From an uncultured Gammaproteobacteria bacterium (lineage in GTDB: Bacteria > Patescibacteriota > Microgenomatia > UBA10105 > UBA927): 42,969 nt of DNA. The notes under the pieces were generated by a model. The model was not told the DNA's origin and did no database searches. It was given only the letters and a program-made list of their open reading frames with translations. Where the stretch lies: NCBI GenBank assembly GCA_964630015.1, contig CAZVTJ010000001.1:1-42969 (forward strand), written 5' to 3'. Each line of letters begins with the position of its first letter. Position 1 is the stretch's first letter. The translations under genes were made by a program, and so were the position numbers. Below are positions 17,613 through 26,807 of this stretch, piece by piece.

Positions 17613-20540
17613 ATGCAAACAAAAACCAATTCAGAACTAGTGGTGACCGGCGCCAGGATGCACAACCTGCAAAATGTCACGGTACACATACCCAAAAATA
17701 CGTTTACCGTATTGACCGGCGTTTCGGGCTCCGGAAAGTCATCCATGGCATTTGATACGATCTACGCCGAAGGACAACGCCGCTATGTCGAATCGCTATC
17801 TTCCTACGCGCGGCAGTTTTTGGGCATTATGGACAAGCCCGATGTGGACCGCATAGATGGACTGTCACCGGCAATTGCCATCGACCAGAAAACAAAATCC
17901 AATAATCCGCGCTCAACTGTCGGGACGGTTACGGAAATATACGATTACCTGCGTCTTCTGTATGCACGAATCGGCCACCCGCATTGCCCCCAGTGTGGCC
18001 GGGAAATTGCCCGCAATAGCATTGATCAGATTACCGACCAAATTATGCATACGATCCGGGAGTCCCTTGGATCCCATCCGGTATTTTTCTTCATTCTTTC
18101 GCCGGTTGTACGGGACAGAAAAGGGGAATTTACCCAACTTTTCGGTAACCTCCGGACAAAAGGATTCCGTATGGTCCGGGTGGATAAAACCTACTACGGA
18201 TTGGATGAGGATATTTTTCTGATCAGAACAAACCGTCATACGGTCGACTGTGTTATTGACCGGCTGTCAGTCACAAAACAGACAATACGAAACGAGGAGC
18301 TTCAAAAGGAACTCCTTGCCCGCATCAGGACTTCCGTTGAACAGGCCGTGACGCTTTCGGGCGGCTATGTAATATTTTCCGAAATTAAGGACCAGGTTTT
18401 TTCCATGCCGGAAAAGCCAAAATCAACACGGGATTTCCAGTTTTCCCAGCACTTTTCCTGTCCCGACTGCGGCATATCCATCCCCGAACTTGAACCACGC
18501 AGTTTTTCGTTCAATTCGCCCCAGGGTGCGTGCCCAACCTGCAACGGACTGGGTGTAGTTACACGGATTGATCCGTCACTGGTATTTCGCGATGAGCTTT
18601 CCATTTCCGAGGGAGGAATCCTCCCATTCGCCAAAACATTTTCCCATGATTCCTGGTTTTCCCGGATTGTCACGACTGCAGCAGCCGCCCACGGGATCGA
18701 TATCAAGGCGCAAATCAGAATGCTGACGGAAGACCAAAAAAAAGTATTGCTGTATGGAACCGGAGATCATCAGTATGAAGTCGCCGGAAATAACCGGTTC
18801 GGCGAAAAAACCGTTATCCACGAATCGTTTTCCGGTATCATTCCCGAACTAATGCGACGTTACAGCGAAACCCAATCGAGTTGGATCAGGGAAGAAATCG
18901 AAAAATTCATGGTTGAGGAAGTGTGTTCCGAATGCAAAGGGGCACGGCTTGGGGAAACAAGCAGAAACGTGACGGTTGCTAAAACAACGCTTCCCGTTGT
19001 ATCGGATTATTCCATCACGAAAGCAATTGACTGGATCCGGGGTCTTACGGACAAAAATACCCATCTATCGACAAATGAAGCGATCATTGCCGCTCCCATC
19101 AAAAAGGAACTGGAATCCCGGCTTGGATTCCTTTCCGATGTGGGACTGGAGTATTTAACGCTTTCGCGAAAAGCCGGATCGCTTTCCGGCGGAGAATCCC
19201 AACGGATACGGTTGGCATCGCAAATCGGCTCCGGATTATCGGGAGTGCTGTATGTCCTGGATGAACCCTCCATAGGCTTGCACCAACGGGATAATGCCAA
19301 ACTCATTACGACCCTTAAGAACCTTCGCGACCTAGGGAATACCGTTTTGGTGGTCGAACATGACCGCGACATGATGGAGGCAGCCGATGATATCATCGAT
19401 TTCGGGCCCGGTGCGGGCAGAAACGGCGGAACCGTTGTCGCCCAGGGAACCTACAACGACATTATTTCCTCCAAAAAATCCCTTACCGGCCAGTATCTGT
19501 CAAACAAAAAAGTCATCGTACGGCAAAAGGATACGGTTGATTCCACTACCCCGCGCCTTACCATTCGGGGTGCAACACACCACAACCTCAAAGACGTGAA
19601 CGCCTCCATACCGCTTGGAAAATTCGTCGTCATAACCGGCGTTTCCGGTTCGGGAAAATCATCCCTTATTGTGGAAACGCTGTATCCCGCTCTTGAAAAA
19701 TCGCTCATATCCTATTCCAAAGCCAAACCGGGTCCGTTTACGGAAATTACCGGATTGGAGGGCGTCGACAAGACAATCCTTATCGACCAATCGCCAATCG
19801 GCAGGACCCCACGAAGCAATCCTTCCACATATACCGGCCTCTTTACGCCAATCCGGGAGCTCTATGCCCAAACACCATCTGCCCGTTCGCACGGGTTCAC
19901 CCCCGGGCGGTTTTCGTTTAACATGAAGGGCGGTAGGTGTGAAGCGTGTGAAGGCGAAGGAGTCAAAAAAATTGAAATGCAATTCCTTTCCGACATTTAC
20001 GTTACCTGTGAAGTCTGCCATGGAACACGGTATAACCAGGAAACGCTTGATATCCTGTTTAAGGATAAGTCGATTGCCGACGTCCTTGCTATGACGGTTG
20101 AGGAGGCAAAAGATTTTTTCACCAACCAACCGGCAATCAAGGAGAAACTCGATACGCTGTTTGAGGTAGGACTGGGATATATGTCGCTAGGCCAAAGTGC
20201 AACGACACTTTCCGGCGGGGAAGCACAACGTGTGAAACTTGCAACTGAATTATCGAGGCGCTCAAGCGGAAAAACATTGTATATTCTTGATGAACCGACA
20301 ACCGGGCTCCATTTTGCCGACCTGGATAAATTATTGCACGTCCTTTCCCAATTGGTGAAAAAGGGCAACACCGTGATCGTCATCGAACATAACCTGGATA
20401 TCATAAAAAATGCCGATTGGATTATTGATATGGGACCGGGTGGAGGGGAAAACGGTGGGGAAATCATTGCGCAGGGAACGGTGTCCGACATTGCTAAAAA
20501 TCCCAAATCCATTACGGGCGAATTTTTACGTACCATATGA
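17613..20540 (+). CDS. uvrA: Excinuclease ABC subunit A
   Basis: Two ABC modules (GVSGSGKSS twice, LSGGE twice) and Zn-finger cysteines (CPQCGR, CPDCG...CPTCNG, CEACEGEG...CEVCHG). 975 aa. Confidence 0.95.
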   Translation: MQTKTNSELVVTGARMHNLQNVTVHIPKNTFTVLTGVSGSGKSSMAFDTIYAEGQRRYVESLSSYARQFLGIMDKPDVDRIDGLSPAIAIDQKTKSNNPRSTVGTVTEIYDYLRLLYARIGHPHCPQCGREIARNSIDQITDQIMHTIRESLGSHPVFFFILSPVVRDRKGEFTQLFGNLRTKGFRMVRVDKTYYGLDEDIFLIRTNRHTVDCVIDRLSVTKQTIRNEELQKELLARIRTSVEQAVTLSGGYVIFSEIKDQVFSMPEKPKSTRDFQFSQHFSCPDCGISIPELEPRSFSFNSPQGACPTCNGLGVVTRIDPSLVFRDELSISEGGILPFAKTFSHDSWFSRIVTTAAAAHGIDIKAQIRMLTEDQKKVLLYGTGDHQYEVAGNNRFGEKTVIHESFSGIIPELMRRYSETQSSWIREEIEKFMVEEVCSECKGARLGETSRNVTVAKTTLPVVSDYSITKAIDWIRGLTDKNTHLSTNEAIIAAPIKKELESRLGFLSDVGLEYLTLSRKAGSLSGGESQRIRLASQIGSGLSGVLYVLDEPSIGLHQRDNAKLITTLKNLRDLGNTVLVVEHDRDMMEAADDIIDFGPGAGRNGGTVVAQGTYNDIISSKKSLTGQYLSNKKVIVRQKDTVDSTTPRLTIRGATHHNLKDVNASIPLGKFVVITGVSGSGKSSLIVETLYPALEKSLISYSKAKPGPFTEITGLEGVDKTILIDQSPIGRTPRSNPSTYTGLFTPIRELYAQTPSARSHGFTPGRFSFNMKGGRCEACEGEGVKKIEMQFLSDIYVTCEVCHGTRYNQETLDILFKDKSIADVLAMTVEEAKDFFTNQPAIKEKLDTLFEVGLGYMSLGQSATTLSGGEAQRVKLATELSRRSSGKTLYILDEPTTGLHFADLDKLLHVLSQLVKKGNTVIVIEHNLDIIKNADWIIDMGPGGGENGGEIIAQGTVSDIAKNPKSITGEFLRTI

Positions 20541-22345
20541 ACAATCGGTTCCCATTATTCAAAACACTTCTTACCGCGCTAGTTCTGACGATTCTGTTTT
20601 CCGGAGTTTGCCGGATGGTTTCAGCGGAAGATTTTACTGCCGACCACGACGTTTCCTATACAGTCTTATCGGGCGGCATGACAATGGTATCCCAGAAAAT
20701 CACACTCACCAATCTTCAGGATTCCTATTATCCCCGTCAATATACGCTTTCCGTCGATGCGGATATCTCCGATGTTACGGCATCCGACAACAAGGGCACG
20801 ATCGAGCCGACCGTCGTCAAAATGAACGGAAAAACGAATATATCGGTAAAATTCCATGACCATCCGGTCGGAATCGGCAAAACATTACCGTTCCATCTGC
20901 GATATTTAAGTGCATCGAACGCTAAAAAAATCGGGAATATCTGGGAAGTACGGATTCCGGCGTTATCCGATGATGAATTTACCGGTGAATATACTGTCCA
21001 CCTTGCCGCAGCAGCCGAAATCGGACCCCTTGCGTATGCCAATCCGAAACCCGCAAGCGGAAATTTGTTGACATGGACAAAAGATGAGATTAAAAAAACA
21101 GGCGTCATCGCATCGTTTGGCACAGTACAAAAATACCGACTGACTATTGAATATCCCATCCAAAATCCCACGTCGGACCTGATGCTTTCGTCAATCACCC
21201 TGCCTCCGACAACCGCATATCAACGCGTTGAAGTCGTATCGCTTGATCCCAAACCCGAACAGATGCAGGCAGATCCCGATGGCAATTCCATTGCCAAATA
21301 TAAAATCAACCCAAACGATTCCCTGACTGTTGAAGGTGTCTTTGATGTTTCGATTTCGCTTCCTGACCACACTAAGCCGGTCGAACTGGATTCCTTGTTT
21401 TCAACCTACTTAACCCCCCAGACATATTGGGAATCGGATTTCGGACAAATCCAAACCCTTGCCTCATCCCTTCAGACCCCGAAAGATATCTATGACTATG
21501 TTGTCCGCACGCTTTCCTATGATTACCAACGGGCACAGGGGACGCCGGTACGCATGGGAGCAAAAGCAGCACTATCTTCGCCGTCCCAAGCCGTGTGCCG
21601 CGAATTTACCGACCTGTTTATTGCCCTGTGCCGTGCGGCAGGCATTCCGGCGCGTGAAATCATCGGATATGCCTATACCGATGATCCAAAACTCCGTCCG
21701 CTTCTTGCCGATTCGGATATTTTGCATGCATGGCCGGAATATTTCAATCCCGTCACCAAAACATGGGTAAGCGTTGATCCGACCTGGGCAAAGACTACCG
21801 GCGGGATCGACTATTTTTCCTTCTTCGATTTCCGCCATATTGCCCTTGCCATCCACGGGATATCATCCACACAACCGCCATCACCGGGAGAATATAAACC
21901 GGAAAATGCTCAGGGAAAAAGCATCCATGTGGAATTTCTGGAATCTAAACAGCCCGCACAGCAGGAGCTGTTTACCATAACGTTTGAATTTCCGCCGGGA
22001 GTCCAGGCGGGAAGGACTTATGAAGGTGTTGTCAAAATCACCAATATTTCCCCCCAGAATCTGGAGGGGATTCCCGTTTCCATCGATGCGTTTCCCTATG
22101 TTCTGCACAGCTCCAAAACCATAGACACAATTCCGCCAAAACAAAGTGTGGAAATTCCCGTATCGATTCCGGTTCGGGGAATATTTGACAGTTCACCGGG
22201 AAGAATCCGCGTGATCGTCAACCAGACGACCATGCGCGAACTCCAATTTTCCGTACAGCCGCTGTACTGGTATGCCGTACCGGTTTTTTTCCTCCTGCTT
22301 GGTATATTTTTCCTATGGATGCTCTCAAAAAAACGATCAGAATAA
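20537..22345 (+). CDS. Exported/membrane-anchored transglutaminase-like protein
   Basis: N-terminal signal-like segment LLTALVLTILFSGVC. Transglutaminase core Cys-His-Asp context (QAVCREFTDLFIALCRAAGIPAR, ILHAWPEYF, WVSVDPTW). C-terminal TM segment YAVPVFFLLLGIFFLWML. ATGA overlap with uvrA. Confidence 0.7.
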   Translation: MNNRFPLFKTLLTALVLTILFSGVCRMVSAEDFTADHDVSYTVLSGGMTMVSQKITLTNLQDSYYPRQYTLSVDADISDVTASDNKGTIEPTVVKMNGKTNISVKFHDHPVGIGKTLPFHLRYLSASNAKKIGNIWEVRIPALSDDEFTGEYTVHLAAAAEIGPLAYANPKPASGNLLTWTKDEIKKTGVIASFGTVQKYRLTIEYPIQNPTSDLMLSSITLPPTTAYQRVEVVSLDPKPEQMQADPDGNSIAKYKINPNDSLTVEGVFDVSISLPDHTKPVELDSLFSTYLTPQTYWESDFGQIQTLASSLQTPKDIYDYVVRTLSYDYQRAQGTPVRMGAKAALSSPSQAVCREFTDLFIALCRAAGIPAREIIGYAYTDDPKLRPLLADSDILHAWPEYFNPVTKTWVSVDPTWAKTTGGIDYFSFFDFRHIALAIHGISSTQPPSPGEYKPENAQGKSIHVEFLESKQPAQQELFTITFEFPPGVQAGRTYEGVVKITNISPQNLEGIPVSIDAFPYVLHSSKTIDTIPPKQSVEIPVSIPVRGIFDSSPGRIRVIVNQTTMRELQFSVQPLYWYAVPVFFLLLGIFFLWMLSKKRSE

Positions 22346-23652
22346 TTCCGCACGTTCCCGGCGTCTACATATACTACGACGGGCGGGGGACCGTTATCTA
22401 TGTGGGAAAAGCAAAAGACCTGAAGCGCCGCGTTTCTTCCTATTTCGAATCCACACGGGCACTTGGCTATAAAACCGCATATCTGGTTCCCGAAATCAGA
22501 AAAATTGCCTATAAGAAAACGTTGACGGAATTCGATGCACTCTTACTGGAAGCAAAACTGATCAAGAAATACCAGCCGAAATACAACTCACTGGCAAAAG
22601 ACGACAAAAGTCCGCTGTATCTGGTTATTACGACAAACGAAGAACTGCCGCGGATTCTGTTTTGCCGGCAAACCGAACTGAATCGTTTTCCGAAAGCAAA
22701 AATTTTCGGTCCGTTCCAATCGGGAAGGTTCCTCCGGATGCTGCTTGGGGATATACGGCACAGTATTCCGTACTGTACGCAAAAAATCCGTAACGGGCGC
22801 CCGTGTTTTTATTCCCATATCGGACTGTGTGACCCCTGCCCCAGTGCAATAGTCGGTATGGAGGAAGGACCGGAAAAACAACGCAGCATTGAGCTCTACC
22901 GCAGTTCGATCCGGAAAATATATTCGATCTTTTCAGGAAAATCCCATATCGTGCTCTCGGATCTGGAACGACGGATGCAGACTGCCGCGGATGGGGAACG
23001 GTTTGAACAGTCCATTATCATACGGAACATTATCCAAAACCTCCGCAGTGTGCTGCTTCGGACCTACGATCCGATGGTGTTTGAATCAACCGGCGACATA
23101 CGGGGCAAGCTGGCGGATGAGGAACTTGCACAGTTTTGCTCGTTGCTCCAAAAAGAGGCATACCCCAATCTAAAAGCTATAACAACGCTTGAATGCTTCG
23201 ATATTTCCCATACCTATGGAACCTATACGGTTGCGTCCATGGTCCGCTTCGAAAATGGGTTTGCCAATACCGCCAAATACCGGCGTTTCCGTATCCGTCA
23301 TAGCGATACCCCAAACGACGTAAAATCAATGCAGGAAGTACTGACCAGACGGCTTGCCCACAAAGAATGGGAATATCCGGATTGTATTGTGGTAGACGGC
23401 GGAAAAGGACAGGTTCATGCGGCGCTCCGGGCGATTTCCGTATCCGCAATACCGGCTGTACCGGTTATCGGACTTGCCAAACGGCTTGAGGAAATCATTG
23501 TCCCGATTGGCGACGCATTTAAAATCATACGATTGCCGTCCGGCCATGCTGCCCTTCGGCTTCTGGAACGGATCCGGGACGAAAGTCACCGGTTCGCCCT
23601 TTCGTACCATAAAACACTCCGGAAAACAGCATACCGGGTATCTTCCGTTTGA
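22315..23652 (+). CDS. uvrC: Excinuclease ABC subunit C, short form (445 aa)
   Basis: GIY-YIG (GVYIYYDGRGTVIYVGKAKDLKRRVSSYF), UVR domain (LERRMQTAADGERFEQSIIIRNIIQNL), RNase-H-like endonuclease domain ending DESHRFALSYHKTLR. 31-nt overlap with the upstream gene. Confidence 0.85.
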   Translation: MDALKKTIRIIPHVPGVYIYYDGRGTVIYVGKAKDLKRRVSSYFESTRALGYKTAYLVPEIRKIAYKKTLTEFDALLLEAKLIKKYQPKYNSLAKDDKSPLYLVITTNEELPRILFCRQTELNRFPKAKIFGPFQSGRFLRMLLGDIRHSIPYCTQKIRNGRPCFYSHIGLCDPCPSAIVGMEEGPEKQRSIELYRSSIRKIYSIFSGKSHIVLSDLERRMQTAADGERFEQSIIIRNIIQNLRSVLLRTYDPMVFESTGDIRGKLADEELAQFCSLLQKEAYPNLKAITTLECFDISHTYGTYTVASMVRFENGFANTAKYRRFRIRHSDTPNDVKSMQEVLTRRLAHKEWEYPDCIVVDGGKGQVHAALRAISVSAIPAVPVIGLAKRLEEIIVPIGDAFKIIRLPSGHAALRLLERIRDESHRFALSYHKTLRKTAYRVSSV

Positions 23653-23683
23653 ATGAATGGCGGGTATTTGATAGCATAGTGTC

Positions 23684-24085
23684 GTGAAATATTTTTTTCG
23701 CACGATCATTTTTTCCATGACATCACTTTGGCTTACAAGCCTTGTGATTCCCTCATTTACCATCGCGGGCGGGTTTATCGGATACCTGATCGCAGGAATC
23801 GTACTGTCGCTTCTGAATCTTCTTATCAAACCGCTTCTGAAAATTTTGTTCATTCCGATTACCATCCTGACGCTTGGATTACTGTCGTGGGTCGTCAATG
23901 TGGTTGTTTTGTATCTGTTTACCTATCTTGTTCCTTCCGTTTCGCTTTCACCGTGGTTATTTCCCGGATTTTCGTCATTTGGTTTTACGATACCGGCGAT
24001 CCAGTTTACCTATATCGTGACGCTTGTTTTAGTCTCCGTTACCATTACCGTATTTTCCAATATTCTGTCCGATCTATCCGACTGA
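23684..24085 (+). CDS. DUF360 / holin-4-like small membrane protein
   Basis: 133 aa with four hydrophobic segments. The GYLIAGIVLSLLNLLIKPLLKILFIPITILTLGL pattern is typical of the YvlD/DUF360 family. GTG start. Confidence 0.55.
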   Translation: MKYFFRTIIFSMTSLWLTSLVIPSFTIAGGFIGYLIAGIVLSLLNLLIKPLLKILFIPITILTLGLLSWVVNVVVLYLFTYLVPSVSLSPWLFPGFSSFGFTIPAIQFTYIVTLVLVSVTITVFSNILSDLSD

Positions 24086-24086
24086 T

Positions 24087-25091
24087 ATGAAACACCAACA
24101 GAATCCCAAAAACATCGTATGTATCGGCGGGGGAACGGGAACATTCGTTGTGCTCAAGGGACTTAAAAACAGCGGCCACCGGATTTGTGGCATCGTTTCC
24201 ATGAGCGATTCCGGAGGAAGCAATAAACGTATCCGTGATGAATTCGGATTGCTTCCGACTTCCGATCTGCGCCAGTGTCTGGTTGCCCTTTCTGATGAAA
24301 ACGGCGGAGTCGGGCTTCTTCGGAAACTGTTTATGTATCGTTTTGATAAGGGCGAAGGCATTTCCGGAATGACGTTCGGAAACCTGTTTATGGCGGCACT
24401 CACGGATATTCTGGGTTCCCAGAAGGAAGCGATCAAACAAACCGGCCAGGTACTGCGGATCCATGGATCCGTCATTCCCGTTTCGTTTACCGATACGAAT
24501 CTTGTTGCAACCTATGAAGACGGTTCAACGCTCTACGAAGAGCACGATATTGATGAACCTGATCATGATGGAACGCTCCGGATTACCGATCTCCATCTTC
24601 AACCGGATGCAATAGCCAATCCCGATGCGCTGGAAGCAATTGCAACTTCAGATATGATTGTTTTGGGACCCGGTGATATATATACCAGCGTCATTCCCAA
24701 TCTTTGTGTTTCGGGTATTTCGGAGGCGATTTCAAAATCCAACGCAACGATTGTCTATATCATGAACCTGATGACGAAATTCGGACAGACATATGGATAT
24801 ACCGCATCGGACCATGTGAAGGCATTTGACCGCTATATTCCGGGAAAAATAACGCACGTGATCGTCAATAATGCACCGATCCCGAAAGAGGCGGTAACGC
24901 TGTATGCACAAAGCAATGAGGAACCTGTTGTCGATGATCTTAAAAACACACCCTACCGCGTTGTGCGGACAGACGTCATGAGCAGGTATTTGGTGGAAAA
25001 ACAGAAAAGCGATACGTTGATCCGGAGCCTGATCCGTCATGATAGTAAAAAATTATCCGACGTGTTACTATCGCTTATAGATCGCGTATGA
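24087..25091 (+). CDS. yvcK: YvcK/CofD-like (UPF0052) gluconeogenesis-factor family protein
   Basis: Motifs IVCIGGGTGTFVVLKGLK and SMSDSGGSNKRIRDEFGLLPTSDLRQCLVAL. Confidence 0.8.
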   Translation: MKHQQNPKNIVCIGGGTGTFVVLKGLKNSGHRICGIVSMSDSGGSNKRIRDEFGLLPTSDLRQCLVALSDENGGVGLLRKLFMYRFDKGEGISGMTFGNLFMAALTDILGSQKEAIKQTGQVLRIHGSVIPVSFTDTNLVATYEDGSTLYEEHDIDEPDHDGTLRITDLHLQPDAIANPDALEAIATSDMIVLGPGDIYTSVIPNLCVSGISEAISKSNATIVYIMNLMTKFGQTYGYTASDHVKAFDRYIPGKITHVIVNNAPIPKEAVTLYAQSNEEPVVDDLKNTPYRVVRTDVMSRYLVEKQKSDTLIRSLIRHDSKKLSDVLLSLIDRV

Positions 25092-25303
25092 ACATTATTC
25101 TTTCCATTTTCCAGCTGATTTTCGGCATATCGCTTATCGGGTTAATCCTTTTGCAAAACAGCAAAGGCGGGTTAACCGGAGGTATCGTTCCCAGTGACGG
25201 TTACCGTACCAAACGCGGTGCGGAAAAAATTGTTTTTCGCCTGACGATAATCATTGCGATTCTCTTTCTCATTGTCTGTATTCTTGGGTTATTAATTAAA
25301 TAA
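25088..25303 (+). CDS. secG: Preprotein translocase subunit SecG
   Basis: 71 aa, two TM segments, loop LLQNSKGGLTGG. ATGA overlap with yvcK. Confidence 0.75.
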   Translation: MNIILSIFQLIFGISLIGLILLQNSKGGLTGGIVPSDGYRTKRGAEKIVFRLTIIIAILFLIVCILGLLIK

Positions 25304-25314
25304 CCCGTTCACCT

Positions 25315-26667
25315 ATGACGATTGCACGCCGCGGAAGAATGGTTTTTTGGCTTACGCGGGAGCTAAGCCGGAAATACACAAAATTCCTTATTGCCGGAAT
25401 TGTCATCGGAACGCTGTGCATATCCGTAATTATCCGCCTGTGGCCGGTAGTTGCATCAAAATACTTCGCACCGACACTAAACGTCGGCATAGTCGGGGAA
25501 TATACGCCAAGCGATCTACCCGATTCAATCCTTTCAAAAATCAGTATCGGACTTACTGCTGTCGGACCGTCCGGTGAAGCCCTGCCGTCCCTTGCCGATA
25601 GCTGGAACGCAACCGACAGCGGAAAAACGTGGATATTCCACGTTAAAAAAATGCCAATGTGGCAGGATGGCACACCCCTCCGGCTTTCCGATATCCATTA
25701 CAACATTAAGGATGTGCAATTTTCGACGAAGGGAAACGATATCATTGCGCAACTGAAAAGTCCGTATGGCCCGTTTCCGCTTATCGTATCCAAACCGTTA
25801 TTCAAACAGGGACTTACTGGTCTTGGCGGATACATGGTTGATAAGCTGGTATTAAAAGGCGATAAAGTTTCACTTCTCAGGCTTATTCCTGTCGACAAAA
25901 CGGTTCACCGGGCCGTGGAATACCGGGTCTATACGACAGAAAACCTTGCCATGACGGCATATAAACTTGGGGAAATAGACCGTATTGAAGACCTTTCCGC
26001 CATTGAACAATCAACCAGGCAATTTGTTAATACGACAGTTGAATCACCCACCATGTACAACCGGATTGTTGCGCTCTATTTCAATCTTTCCGATCCGTTG
26101 CTGAAGGAAAAAAATGTCCGTCAGGCGCTTGCGTTTGCGGTTCCTCCGATTGACGGATATGAACAGGCACTTTCACCGATTTCCAAAACTTCCTGGGCGT
26201 ATTCGCCCGATCTGAAAAAGTATTCCTATGATATGAAAGCGGCAGGAAAATTGCTTGCGCCTGTAAGTTCCGGATCCCTTTCGGGAGAACTGACGATCGT
26301 CACGTTTTCCCAGTATCTGGATGTGGCACAGAAAATCGCATCGTCATGGAATTTATTGGGGATCAAAACCCAAGTGCGGGTGGAAAACCGTCTTCCCGAT
26401 TCATTTCAGGTTCTTGTATCCGCCCATGATCTTCCCAGCGACCCGGACCAATATGCCCTGTGGCATTCATCCCAAGAGCGAACCAATATCACGGGGTACA
26501 ATAATCCAAAAATAGACAAGCTCCTTGAAGACGGCAGGCAGGAATTGTCCCCGGATATACGGCGAAAATTGTATTTGGATTTTCAGAAACGGTTTATGGA
26601 AGACATTCCGGCATTTCCGCTCTATTACCCAAAAACCTACACCATTACCCGCAAACAAATCCTCTGA
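25315..26667 (+). CDS. ABC-transporter substrate-binding protein, family 5-like (peptide/nickel type), membrane-anchored
   Basis: N-terminal TM anchor. Overall SBP_bac_5-like pattern (WNATDSGKTWIFHVKK...W.DG, ...NIT GYNNPKIDKLLE). No permease or ATPase genes adjacent. Confidence 0.6.
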   Translation: MTIARRGRMVFWLTRELSRKYTKFLIAGIVIGTLCISVIIRLWPVVASKYFAPTLNVGIVGEYTPSDLPDSILSKISIGLTAVGPSGEALPSLADSWNATDSGKTWIFHVKKMPMWQDGTPLRLSDIHYNIKDVQFSTKGNDIIAQLKSPYGPFPLIVSKPLFKQGLTGLGGYMVDKLVLKGDKVSLLRLIPVDKTVHRAVEYRVYTTENLAMTAYKLGEIDRIEDLSAIEQSTRQFVNTTVESPTMYNRIVALYFNLSDPLLKEKNVRQALAFAVPPIDGYEQALSPISKTSWAYSPDLKKYSYDMKAAGKLLAPVSSGSLSGELTIVTFSQYLDVAQKIASSWNLLGIKTQVRVENRLPDSFQVLVSAHDLPSDPDQYALWHSSQERTNITGYNNPKIDKLLEDGRQELSPDIRRKLYLDFQKRFMEDIPAFPLYYPKTYTITRKQIL

Positions 26668-26714
26668 ATGTTAAAAAATGAGCCTGCCCCCCGTAGCTTA
26701 CGTGAAGGGGGGTT

Positions 26715-26734
26715 ATTCCCGCGAAGGCGGGAAT
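26715..26734 (+). terminator. Perfect 8-bp hairpin ATTCCCGC-GAAG-GCGGGAAT after the SBP gene (no U-tract)
   Basis: Read directly from the sequence. It is preceded by a second G/C hairpin CCCCCC...GGGGGG (26687-26712). Confidence 0.35.
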
Positions 26735-26752
26735 CCATTCTCCAATTCTTCC

Positions 26753-26782
26753 TTGCACAAATTCTTCAGTTTATTGCATACT
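26753..26782 (+). promoter_or_regulatory. Putative RuBisCO promoter (TTGCAC-18 nt-CATACT) followed by RBS AAGGAGG
   Basis: Hexamers at 26753-26758 and 26777-26782. AAGGAGG lies at 26797-26803, 4 nt before ATG 26808. Confidence 0.35.
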
Positions 26783-26807
26783 GGAAACAGGGAATAAAGG
26801 AGGCACT

